Of a DNA stretch of 64,000 nt, positions 18,102-27,351 are shown piece after piece; position 1 is the stretch's first letter, and the number at the start of each line of letters is the position of its first letter. A program made the position numbers and the translations under genes. The stretch comes from Deltaproteobacteria bacterium (lineage in GTDB: Bacteria; Myxococcota_A; Polyangia; Fen-1088), in NCBI GenBank assembly GCA_033763315.1, contig JANRKS010000029.1, forward strand, positions 1-64,000, in the 5' to 3' direction. The notes beneath the pieces are model-generated. The model made no database searches. It was not told the DNA's origin and saw only the letters and a program-made list of their open reading frames with translations.

Positions 18102-21100
18102 TCACCACGCAACGATGCCAAAGAACTGCTGTTTTCCCACGGCGTAGGCGTAGGCGGTGGCCTGGCCTCCCAGCGCTTGCACCGAGGTGGCCCCCGCTGT
18201 GCGCGCAAGAACCTTGACCGGTGAATCCTCATTGCCCGCCGCGGCGAAGTGACGTGCACGGAGTGAGCGATCAAAGCCTGTCTCAAACAGCGTCACCCCT
18301 CCGGAGCTGTCGGCGCTGAGCGAACGTCCAAACAACAAGCCGGTTCGCAAAGGAATGCTTTGTGCGGTTTTGTCCACGACGACCGATTGGCGGAGCAACA
18401 CATCCTGAGAGCCCACGGCCCACAAAACGTTGGCTCCGCTGGCAAACTGTTCAAGCTGTCGGTCACTGAAGCCCAGGGCGCCAGAGGACGCAAACATGGC
18501 ACTGCCGCCCACCGCTCTCTTCGCCACGTTGCCGCCAGCGTTCACCATCCAAAAATCCTGCCCGTTGCCGTCATGGAAGAGCGCGAATGTCCCAGCAACA
18601 ACCGCGTCATCCGCGGCCACGAAGTCGCCGTCGCCGGCCGTTTCGTTGCGCCAAAACCGCGCGCGTTCGTTCGTGACTTGCCCGATCAACACAATCTTTG
18701 CGGTGGCCACGATCGCCGCGAAACCGGCGGCGTCTGACGACAACCGCGTGGGCGCACTCCACACGGCGCCGCCCGTGTCGCTGCGCACGAAGGCCGGACC
18801 GCTGTCGGTCGACGCCAGGACATAAACCGTGCCGCTGCCGCTCGCGAGGCTAACGTTGCTCGCACCGAACAGAGGCAACGGCGTTGGTTCCCCAAATGTG
18901 GATCCGCCATCTCTGCTGGTCGTGACAAACACTTGTGACAAGCCGGCGGGGATCGTTCCTGAAGGTGTGGCGCCAGGACGATCGGTGTCCGCCGAGCAGA
19001 CCAACGCGACGTAGAGAATGCCCTTCGCGTCGTTGGTGATGCGTCGATCCCAGCGCGAAAATCCCAACGAACAATCGAAGGAGCCGCCCGCAGGCATAGG
19101 CAAACTTGCAGGCATCCGCTCGGCAAAGGCTCGCTCACGGTTAAGGCCGTCGAGGCGCACGGCGAGGTCGGTAAAGAAGGTTGGGTCGGTTGACGACGCC
19201 ACCTCGAAGGTGACGCTGTACGATTGATCGCCGTCAGGCACGTCGTCGTTCACGCCGGTCACCGTTACAACTTGATCTACGTCCCAATTCGCGCTTGTGA
19301 ATTCCAGTTCTGCCGGCGACACACTGGCTTCCGCAGGCTTAGACGACGTGATCTTGATACGCACGGTGCCCTTGGGCGCCACGTTGAGCTGCACGGGCAC
19401 AAATTCCACGGCTCCTGCTTCGTTCGTCATGAGTGACGACGCGCGGCGCACGTTGATCCCGGCTTCATTGTCGCGGTTTGTGATGGTGACGTCGTCAGCG
19501 TCGAACCCGGCAAACGCACGGTCGCCAGTGGCTGGGAGGATTTGCACAACGTAGTTTTGTGCACCATCGCGCTTCTTATCGTCCACCGGCAGCACCACAA
19601 CGGTTTGCGGTTTGTCCCAGTTGGCCGCTGTGAACACGAGCTTGGCTGGCGTAACGGTGCCTTCGTTCGTGTTCGAAGAGGCGAGCGGCACGGCCACATC
19701 GGATGAGGGCGCCGCTGACAAACGCACCTGAAACGTGGCGGCGTCTCCAGCTTCCGATGTCCACAGGTTGTTCTGACGGTTCACCACTTCCACGCGGCCA
19801 GGAGGGGGAATCAGAGAAACATCCAACCCGAATTGCATATCGGGCACATCGAAGCCGAAGTTGTTCGCGACAACGGCGAAAACGATCGTGGTGGGGCGCG
19901 TATCCTGATTCTTGAACGACAGCGTTCCCGTTTGATTCGTTCCATCGCATGTCAGGCCTTCGTTGCAGGCTGATCCGCGTAGCAAGATCAAAGAGGGAGG
20001 CGGCGCCTTACCGATCTGCATATTCAATAGCTTGACATTGAACGTGTTTCCGGGCGGGACGTCGGCTTGATAGTAGTGGCCGCGCACGGCGCCGAATCCA
20101 ACGCACGGCTGCGCCACGGGATCGGCCGCGCTGATGATTTGGTTGCGCAGCTGTTGGCCGTCACGGACACGCAGGGCCGCGCGGCACGTGGTGTTCAACT
20201 GCGGAGGGCCAGTGAAAACATGAAGGTCGAAGGAGCCGGAGCTAAGGGCCGTATTGGCGCCCACCGCCAACGTTACGTCGATGGGCTCTTGGCCATTGTT
20301 CGTAAAGCGTAATGACCGAGCGATTGAGAACTGAGACATTGTCACATCCGCACCTAAACAAGAACCTTCATCGCAGCCGCCTTGAACTTGCATGACTGGC
20401 TGCCAGGATTGGTTTCCTCCGCGCGGCGTGGCGGTGGCGGTAAGCTGATCGCCGGCCGCGATGGACACGCTATAAAAGCGCGCGTTGAACGTGGGCGTGC
20501 CACAATCAGCGACCTGCGGATCTTCGCTGTTTATCGCTTGCCCCAACCGCGAGTCGACGGGTTCAAGATGTTCTGGTTCCTCACAAGTCAGACCGACAGG
20601 TGGCTCAGAGGTTGCGACGTCGAGTGTGAACTTTCCGCCCACGCCGAACGCGGCTTCTTCATCGACGACGACGTAATACGTGCCTGGATCAAGCACCGTT
20701 TCAATTTCAGCGTCCACGGTTGGCCGTTGTGCGAACGTGATGAACGTTCCGGGTTGTCCGGGAACGCCCGCGTTTGGCAGCGGCGTCGCGCCACACGCCA
20801 CTTCGGTCAGTGGATCTTCACACGCCCGCCGCACGGCGATCGCTGTGTTCATTGTGGAGCGAACCGCCAGATGCACCTGACGTCGCTCCTGCAACTCGAG
20901 TTTGTAGACGGCATCGGGGCCGCCCGTGCCAAAAGATGTGGTGCATGTGGTGCTGCGGTTGCGGCCATCGCCCTCGATCACGCCATCGACGGAGCCCTCG
21001 GGCAACGGCAACACTTCTGGATCTTCATTCCACGAACAGACGGGCGCTGGCGCGCTGCCGCCGCCACCTTCACCTCCACCCCCATCGGGATCGTCGCCAT

Positions 21101-21170
21101 CGCCGCTGTTTGAATTCGAGCCACACGCACCAACAACAATTATGAGACTTAAGGCAAACGCATGCTTCAC
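18102..21170 (-). CDS. Large surface lipoprotein with PPC-like modules, two Calx-beta-like repeats and a C-terminal Asp-box propeller
   Basis: VGAC lipobox; GPDAVY, LDPGTYYVVVD; repeats FTAANWDKPQTV and FTSANWDVDQVV; Asp-boxes SRDGGSTF and SDTGGAVW. Confidence 0.75.
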   Translation of the reverse strand: MKHAFALSLIIVVGACGSNSNSGDGDDPDGGGGEGGGGSAPAPVCSWNEDPEVLPLPEGSVDGVIEGDGRNRSTTCTTSFGTGGPDAVYKLELQERRQVHLAVRSTMNTAIAVRRACEDPLTEVACGATPLPNAGVPGQPGTFITFAQRPTVDAEIETVLDPGTYYVVVDEEAAFGVGGKFTLDVATSEPPVGLTCEEPEHLEPVDSRLGQAINSEDPQVADCGTPTFNARFYSVSIAAGDQLTATATPRGGNQSWQPVMQVQGGCDEGSCLGADVTMSQFSIARSLRFTNNGQEPIDVTLAVGANTALSSGSFDLHVFTGPPQLNTTCRAALRVRDGQQLRNQIISAADPVAQPCVGFGAVRGHYYQADVPPGNTFNVKLLNMQIGKAPPPSLILLRGSACNEGLTCDGTNQTGTLSFKNQDTRPTTIVFAVVANNFGFDVPDMQFGLDVSLIPPPGRVEVVNRQNNLWTSEAGDAATFQVRLSAAPSSDVAVPLASSNTNEGTVTPAKLVFTAANWDKPQTVVVLPVDDKKRDGAQNYVVQILPATGDRAFAGFDADDVTITNRDNEAGINVRRASSLMTNEAGAVEFVPVQLNVAPKGTVRIKITSSKPAEASVSPAELEFTSANWDVDQVVTVTGVNDDVPDGDQSYSVTFEVASSTDPTFFTDLAVRLDGLNRERAFAERMPASLPMPAGGSFDCSLGFSRWDRRITNDAKGILYVALVCSADTDRPGATPSGTIPAGLSQVFVTTSRDGGSTFGEPTPLPLFGASNVSLASGSGTVYVLASTDSGPAFVRSDTGGAVWSAPTRLSSDAAGFAAIVATAKIVLIGQVTNERARFWRNETAGDGDFVAADDAVVAGTFALFHDGNGQDFWMVNAGGNVAKRAVGGSAMFASSGALGFSDRQLEQFASGANVLWAVGSQDVLLRQSVVVDKTAQSIPLRTGLLFGRSLSADSSGGVTLFETGFDRSLRARHFAAAGNEDSPVKVLARTAGATSVQALGGQATAYAYAVGKQQFFGIVAW

Positions 21171-21251
21171 GGAACACTCCCGAGGCAAAAGAAACACAAA
21201 GGGAAAGGGCGCGCTCTGAGGCGAACCATGCGCCCCAAGACAAAGAGATGG

Positions 21252-23117
21252 TTAAAGCGTCTCGAGGTAGCTGATCAGATCGTCAACTTGCTCGCTGCCG
21301 AGCTTTGACGTGATGCCGTGGCGATCACCGCCACCGCAGTAGCCACCAAAACGATCCTTGAGCGTTTTTGCGCAACCGTTGTGCATATAGGGCGCTCGCA
21401 ACCCAAGCCCCATCAACTGTGGCGTTTGAAGGCGCGTGCCTGTGCCAACGTCGGCAAGTGTGTTGTTTGTCAGACCCTTGCCCGCGTGGCAGCTAGAACA
21501 CCCCACCTCCGCCGAATCGAACAACGCCTTGCCACGCATCACGGCAGCCGGATCCACGCGCTTGACGCCGCCGGTGTGCGGGATGCTGTCGATCCAGTTG
21601 CTAAGCGTTTGCACACCTTCAACTGAAACGCTTTCACCCAGCATGCGGCCCTGAAACACATCAAGCATCAACGTGTTCATGTCGCGCAGATTGCCGTCCC
21701 AGTGAAACGGCGCTGTGTCGAGGATGCCGCCACGCAGCGACTGTGTTCGTCGCTCGCCCATGCCACTAAATTTCCAAGTGCGCGCGTCGTCTCCGCCCTC
21801 AGGATGGCAAGACGCGCAGGCCAACTGCCCCTTCGTCGCTTTGTGAAACAAGGCATGACCGCCGTTCCATTTGCCCTCCGTAGAAAGCGTGATGGGCGAG
21901 CGTCGTTGGGTGAGCACTTGGATGTTGGCTGGGTTGCGGCTTTGCACCACCACGTTGCCGCGCAGATCGAAAGCCACGGCCACGATCTGTCCGTTTGCCG
22001 GCCGGTATTCGATCGGGTCAGGCAAAGTGTCTTGCGGAACGTTGGTCACCGGCGGCGTAACACTGGGCACGTTTTGCGGATGCACACAGCCGAGCGGCAC
22101 TGATGTGTCCGATGCGGATTGCGCTGCCACGAATCGCACTTGCGCTTCGCTGTTGCCTGCCGTGACGAACGCCAGTTGTTTGCCATCTGGCGATAGGGCC
22201 ACGTCAACGGGCAGCACAGATCCCGAAATCGCCCCGCTGGACGCAATGGCCAAGGGACCACCCGCGGAGACGAACGACACCGCGGATTCAACGATGGCTG
22301 AACAATCCCCGCCGGTGCTGTAGCCACCGGGGCCCGTGCCCACTTCACCATCGGACGCGCGTTGGTGAATGATGATGGGGCCATTGCCGCCGTCGATCAT
22401 TCGCCAGGCAACCGCGGGCGAAGATGGCGTTCTCATCGTCAGCGATAAACTTGAGGGGGGCTTGCCGCGGTCCAACATGCGACCGGTGCCTGCGTCAATG
22501 CGAAGCACGGTGGCTTGCCGGAACGTGGTGATGTAGATCGAATCGCCTTTGACGACAACGTCGCGCAGATCGCGGTCCAGCTCTGTTACGCGGGCAGGGT
22601 CGTTTGCCGTCGGCGCGATTGATACGAGTTCGCCTCCGGCGCAAGCCACGTGCAAAAGATTGCGCCCGCCATCGAAGGCGATGCCTCGCGGTGCCAGGCA
22701 CAACGAACGGCGCGCAAGAACTTCGCCCGTTTGGGGATCAAATGACAGAACGGCGCCACCCCGCCGCAAAACGACGTGCACATTGCCTGCAGCGTCTTGC
22801 GTGTGCCGTCCTGGCTCGTCGCCCGGCAACACCATGATTGTGTGGTTCAACTTGTTGGTCACAAGATCCACCACGTAGATTTGGTCCCGATCGGGGTCAC
22901 TGGCGACGGCGGTTTTGCCATCCGACAGCACGCCAAGTGTGCCGCCGGAGATGGGCAAAGGTTCAGCTTTGCGGGGGGCCGGTGGTGAAACGGGGTCGGC
23001 TGGCGGCTCGTCGGGCGTTGCGACGGGGGGCATGTCGTGCACATGGCTGCCGCCCCCTCCACAAGCAAAGAACGTTGCGGGCAACAACCAGAGGAAGGAA
23101 CGTGGAAACGGTCTCAT
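21252..23117 (-). CDS. Lipoprotein with YVTN-type beta-propeller and diheme cytochrome c peroxidase-like domain
   Basis: FFAC lipobox; propeller repeats; CASCH, TAPFHWDG, CSSCH, TPQL.....APYMHNG; AAGGAG RBS. Confidence 0.82.
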   Translation of the reverse strand: MRPFPRSFLWLLPATFFACGGGGSHVHDMPPVATPDEPPADPVSPPAPRKAEPLPISGGTLGVLSDGKTAVASDPDRDQIYVVDLVTNKLNHTIMVLPGDEPGRHTQDAAGNVHVVLRRGGAVLSFDPQTGEVLARRSLCLAPRGIAFDGGRNLLHVACAGGELVSIAPTANDPARVTELDRDLRDVVVKGDSIYITTFRQATVLRIDAGTGRMLDRGKPPSSLSLTMRTPSSPAVAWRMIDGGNGPIIIHQRASDGEVGTGPGGYSTGGDCSAIVESAVSFVSAGGPLAIASSGAISGSVLPVDVALSPDGKQLAFVTAGNSEAQVRFVAAQSASDTSVPLGCVHPQNVPSVTPPVTNVPQDTLPDPIEYRPANGQIVAVAFDLRGNVVVQSRNPANIQVLTQRRSPITLSTEGKWNGGHALFHKATKGQLACASCHPEGGDDARTWKFSGMGERRTQSLRGGILDTAPFHWDGNLRDMNTLMLDVFQGRMLGESVSVEGVQTLSNWIDSIPHTGGVKRVDPAAVMRGKALFDSAEVGCSSCHAGKGLTNNTLADVGTGTRLQTPQLMGLGLRAPYMHNGCAKTLKDRFGGYCGGGDRHGITSKLGSEQVDDLISYLETL

Positions 23118-23286
23118 GCAGGTACTCCTTGAATGGGACGCGCCCCGTAGCTCCCCCAAGCTCGTAGGCACCAACAACCCTGACGCGGTCACGGACGGCT
23201 TGTCGCAACGAAAGTCAGCCCGATTCACTCAATACGAACCAGGCTGGGCAAAATGACGAAACTATTTCGGCACCCCCCCCTCGCCT

Positions 23287-23832
23287 ATGCCGCGCAGGCG
23301 CGCAGCGGACACGAACGGCGTGGCGGCGCGTCGAGTTCCGGTGGCTTTGAAGCTAAAGGGAGCTTTCGTCTTCACTCTGGACTACGGTGCTCGCATGTAC
23401 GTGGACATCGAACAGAGCCAGAAATTGATGAGCTTTTATCAACAGACGTTGGGCGTGGAGGCGCTGCCCCAAGACGCGTGCGCTTCGGCGGAGGCGCTTT
23501 TAAACGGGCTTCGCAAGGTGCCCGGCCTGGGACGCAGCGAAAGTTCGGCTTTGACTTTGGTCATGTCGGCGCGGCCCACAGGGCAAGCGATTCACTTTCA
23601 TTCCACGATGGGGTTTTGCGAGGGCCCCTCAGAAAGCCCCGCCACGGCCAAAAAACTAAGCGGCGTGTTCTTCGATGTGGAAACGCGGAAGTGGATCACC
23701 AATGAATGCGACAAGAGCTTCACCCCCGAACCTGGTAAGCGACGTCGCACCGTGGACGTGGGCGTTTACCTCGTTCGACACCTTCTAGCCGCGTCAGGCC
23801 AGCCCGTGCCGGAGCCCTGGCCCAACGCCTAG
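23287..23832 (+). CDS. Hypothetical protein
   Basis: 181-aa ORF filling the gap with protein-like composition; start uncertain, possibly ATG near 23395. Confidence 0.5.
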   Translation: MPRRRAADTNGVAARRVPVALKLKGAFVFTLDYGARMYVDIEQSQKLMSFYQQTLGVEALPQDACASAEALLNGLRKVPGLGRSESSALTLVMSARPTGQAIHFHSTMGFCEGPSESPATAKKLSGVFFDVETRKWITNECDKSFTPEPGKRRRTVDVGVYLVRHLLAASGQPVPEPWPNA

Positions 23833-23839
23833 TGCGCTC

Positions 23840-23935
23840 TAAGTCCTTGATTTGTGCCAACAAATGGTTGCTTGCGGCAAGCGCCCCACTTGGTCACTTC
23901 GCCGATTTGTGAACGATTCCGGTAAGTTATTGATT
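23840..23935 (-). promoter_or_regulatory. Two IHF-consensus sites (WATCAANNNNTTR)
   Basis: Minus strand AATCAAGGACTTA (23840-23852) and AATCAATAACTTA (23923-23935), in an AT-richer intergenic region. Confidence 0.45.
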
Positions 23936-23948
23936 ATCGCTCGGCCCG

Positions 23949-26747
23949 TTGGTAGCTAAGGGCGCAATGTTGGCAAGGGGTGCCCTCGTCCGCGCCGCCA
24001 AGGCGTGTGTGCTGGCCGGCCTGATCGTGGGTCTATGCGATGGGGCGCGCGTGGCGTGGCCGCTGGGCTTATCCGCGGGTGGCGTGGTCACCACAATCGC
24101 TTTATCGGTGGCCATCGACGGCTTTTTGGGTGGCGTATTGGGAGCGGCGGTTTTTGTTCTTTTTGGCGTGTATGGTTGGGGCGGCGTTGGTCACAAAACC
24201 TGGCCGGCGCGCCTGGCGCTCTTGACGCTGGGGCTGGGCGCGGGCTTCGCGGGGGCGGGGGGCGTGTGGCTGACCGCCTCGCGCGTGAATCGCTTTTTGG
24301 CGGCGGGCGTGGTGGTGGATCTGTTGTTGCTGTCGTGGCTGGGCGTGTGGCTTTTTGCGCCGGCTCTATCGCGTGTGTTTGGCGGCGGGCGCGCGGCCAC
24401 GGCCTCACCGACCACAAGCAGCCTTGTGGGGCGATGGTGGTTGGCGCCCCTGACATTGGGCGTGGCGTGCTTGGCAACGTTGGTGATCGTGTGGCGCACG
24501 CGCGCGCCGCTGCGTGGTCCGGCGTTGTGGGAGCGCGCTGGTTGGGTGTTCGCGGTGGGTATGTCGACGCCGTGGCTCGTGAAGCAAGCGGCGGCGTGGG
24601 GCGCAAGCGCAAGGCTGCGGCCCTTGGTTGTGAAGGCCACAGCGATCGCAACGCTCGCTGCTGCAACCGTGGTGCTGATGGCGCTGCGCTGGGAGAAAGA
24701 CTTTCAATATTTGCCGTGGACGGATGTCCTTGTGGCTGCAGCGTTGGTGGCGGTGGCGTGGCTTTGCTACCGCTGGCTCGTGCCGCGCTTGCGCTTCACG
24801 AACACTTTGGTTCTTGGCTGGATTTTGTGTGTGCCGCTTGCCGTGTGGGCGTCAAGCTCTGAAGTGGCGCGCAAGGCACTGGCGGCCCGCGGTGGTTTGG
24901 TTGGCCCTACGTTGACGGCGTCGATGCGCGCCTTTGATCGCGACCACGATGGTTACGCCCGGTTGATGGGGGGCGGCGATTGTGATGATGGCGATCCGGA
25001 AATCAACCCGGGCGCACTCGATTGGCCCGACGACGGTCTGGATCAAGATTGTGATGGCACCGATGCCGTATGGCAGGCGTTGCAAAGCCCGCCGTTTCAC
25101 GTTGTGCCGCCAACTGTGCCCGCCAACGCCAACATTTTGTTTGTGGCGATCGACACTTTGCGCGCCGATCATTTGGGCGGTTATGGATATGCGCGGCCCA
25201 CTTCACCCAACCTCGATGCCTTGGGCAAAGAAGGCGTGGTGTTCGAGAATGGGTGGGCGCACGCGCCGTCGACGCGGTTCTCGATGCCCGCGATCTTCAC
25301 AGGCCGCTGGCCTTCGACGGTGGCCTGGGAAGATTGCAACACCTGCCGCAGCTGGTGGCCACGCATTGCCGCCTCGCAGCCCATGTTGCCAGGCGTGCTG
25401 AAGCAGGCGGGATTTTTCACGGGGGCATTGTGGGCGTACAGCTATTTTGATGCCGATGAACGGCGCGGCTTTGAACGCGGCGTCGATGTCTATGATTCCC
25501 GACGTGGGGCCTTGCACACGAACGTTGCGGGACCCGCAGAATCGGTGGGCTCGTCAGCCTCCCAAATTACGGACGACGCCGTGGCGTTTGTGAACGCACA
25601 CAAGGATCAGCGGTTTTACCTTTCCGTTCACTATTACGATCCACACATGTCATACGAGCCGCATGCCGAATCGCCTGCGTTTGGTCGTGCGCCAGGTGAT
25701 CTTTACGACGGCGAAGTCTGGTTCACCGATCACCACATTGGCCGTTTGTTTGAGGCTGTAAAAGCGCAGGGCTTGTGGGATCGCACGATCGTGGTGGTGA
25801 CGGGAGATCACGGCGAAGGCTTGGGTGAGCGTGGCATCACGGCGCACGGCTATCATCTTTACCCACCGCAAACCAAAGTGCCCTTCATCATGCGGGTGCC
25901 TGGGCTGCCCCCACACCGTGAGGCCACACCGGTTTCGCACGTGGATCTGGCACCGACGATCGCGAACTTGGTGGGCGCGGCTCATCAACCGACGTTCCTC
26001 GGCCGTTCGTTCGTGGATCTTTTGGCAGGCAAACCCAACAACGAAGTCGCTTTTGCGCCTGTGTTTCAAGAGGTCACATATGAGGGTGACAATAAAAAGC
26101 GAGCCTTGGTCACAGCCACGCACCAGCTGATCTGGAACTGGACGCCGCACAACACCACAGAGTGCTATGCGCTCAACGATCCGTCGGGCCGCGATCTGTG
26201 GGGCACGCCTGCCGGCGAGGGCGTGTGCCCAACGCTCAAAGCGAAGCTGCGGCAACGCGTGGCCTTATTGGCGTTGCCCAACGATGCGCGGGAGAAGATC
26301 TCGAACGATGTGTTTGGTCCCGGCCGCCAGGCTCCTGCACCCAAGCATCCCAGCGCGGGCCGCATCGGCGATGCGATTGCTGTGCAAGGTTATGATGTTG
26401 ATGGTGACACGTTTGTTCGTGGTGCCGCCGTGCCGGTGTCGATCTATTTTCACGTGAACCAACGCGTGCCAGAAGGGTGGAAGCTGTTCTTCCACTTGGA
26501 TGGCCCCCCGGGTGGCGCGCGCAATTTGGATCATGCTCCCGTGGGTGGTGCTTTCTCCGTCGAGCGGTGGCGCCCGGGGCAGACGGTACGTGATCAAAAC
26601 GTCATCACACTTGATCCAACGTTGCCGCCGGGGCGTTACGTGCTTTACGTGGGATTGTGGCGAGGCAATGAACGTCAGCCTGTGTTTCCGCCCGAACGAT
26701 CTGACGGCAACAACCGTTTGAAGGTTCTTGAATTTACGGTGAACTAA
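23949..26747 (+). CDS. Membrane-anchored sulfatase-like hydrolase/transferase with a MopE-type metal-binding motif and C-terminal beta domain
   Basis: About 9 N-terminal TM segments; DCDDGDPEINPGA..WPDDGLDQDCDG; IDTLRADH, APSTRFS, HYYDPH, GDHGE, HG, VDLAPT. Confidence 0.85.
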   Translation: MVAKGAMLARGALVRAAKACVLAGLIVGLCDGARVAWPLGLSAGGVVTTIALSVAIDGFLGGVLGAAVFVLFGVYGWGGVGHKTWPARLALLTLGLGAGFAGAGGVWLTASRVNRFLAAGVVVDLLLLSWLGVWLFAPALSRVFGGGRAATASPTTSSLVGRWWLAPLTLGVACLATLVIVWRTRAPLRGPALWERAGWVFAVGMSTPWLVKQAAAWGASARLRPLVVKATAIATLAAATVVLMALRWEKDFQYLPWTDVLVAAALVAVAWLCYRWLVPRLRFTNTLVLGWILCVPLAVWASSSEVARKALAARGGLVGPTLTASMRAFDRDHDGYARLMGGGDCDDGDPEINPGALDWPDDGLDQDCDGTDAVWQALQSPPFHVVPPTVPANANILFVAIDTLRADHLGGYGYARPTSPNLDALGKEGVVFENGWAHAPSTRFSMPAIFTGRWPSTVAWEDCNTCRSWWPRIAASQPMLPGVLKQAGFFTGALWAYSYFDADERRGFERGVDVYDSRRGALHTNVAGPAESVGSSASQITDDAVAFVNAHKDQRFYLSVHYYDPHMSYEPHAESPAFGRAPGDLYDGEVWFTDHHIGRLFEAVKAQGLWDRTIVVVTGDHGEGLGERGITAHGYHLYPPQTKVPFIMRVPGLPPHREATPVSHVDLAPTIANLVGAAHQPTFLGRSFVDLLAGKPNNEVAFAPVFQEVTYEGDNKKRALVTATHQLIWNWTPHNTTECYALNDPSGRDLWGTPAGEGVCPTLKAKLRQRVALLALPNDAREKISNDVFGPGRQAPAPKHPSAGRIGDAIAVQGYDVDGDTFVRGAAVPVSIYFHVNQRVPEGWKLFFHLDGPPGGARNLDHAPVGGAFSVERWRPGQTVRDQNVITLDPTLPPGRYVLYVGLWRGNERQPVFPPERSDGNNRLKVLEFTVN

Positions 26748-26749
26748 CG

Positions 26750-27310
26750 ATGTTTCGGCCCGAACGTTGGGAATACCGCATCACTTTGGCCGACGTTGAT
26801 CGACGCATCAACGTCGACAAAACCGTGGTGATTGGCCGCCACCCGAGCGAAACCACACAACACTTGGTGCTACGCTTGCTGGGTTACTGCTTTGTTTATC
26901 AAGAGACGATCGAGCTTGGTGCAGGCGTGTCGCTTGAGGGCGAGCCGGATCTTTTCGCCAAAGACCTCACGGGCCAGTTGTCGCTGTGGGTGGGCTGTGG
27001 CGACGTGACACCTGATTTGGCAAAGAAAGTGGTGCAACATAACCGTGAGGCCAAAGCGCACGCTGTGTTCCCATCACATGCCGCGCTCGATGCGTTCACG
27101 GAACGTGTGCGCCACTGGAATAAACTGCCCAAGAACTGGGGCCATCTGACGGCGTGGGTGCCACCCGAAGCCGTGGTGGACCACTTGGAGCACCTCGAAA
27201 GCTTGCGGCAACGTTGGGTGGTGACCCTGGCTGGGGGGCACATGTACATTGAGGTGGATGACGTGATGTTGGACGGGCCAGTGCTGCACGTTGTGGCGCC
27301 GGGCGGTTGA
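26750..27310 (+). CDS. yaeQ: YaeQ-family protein
   Basis: LADVDR, RHPSET...LVLRLL, EPDL...DLTG...LW; starts 2 nt after the sulfatase stop. Confidence 0.8.
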   Translation: MFRPERWEYRITLADVDRRINVDKTVVIGRHPSETTQHLVLRLLGYCFVYQETIELGAGVSLEGEPDLFAKDLTGQLSLWVGCGDVTPDLAKKVVQHNREAKAHAVFPSHAALDAFTERVRHWNKLPKNWGHLTAWVPPEAVVDHLEHLESLRQRWVVTLAGGHMYIEVDDVMLDGPVLHVVAPGG

Positions 27311-27351
27311 GGGTGGAATCGGCCCTTCATGCGCAGCACTCATGGCGCACC

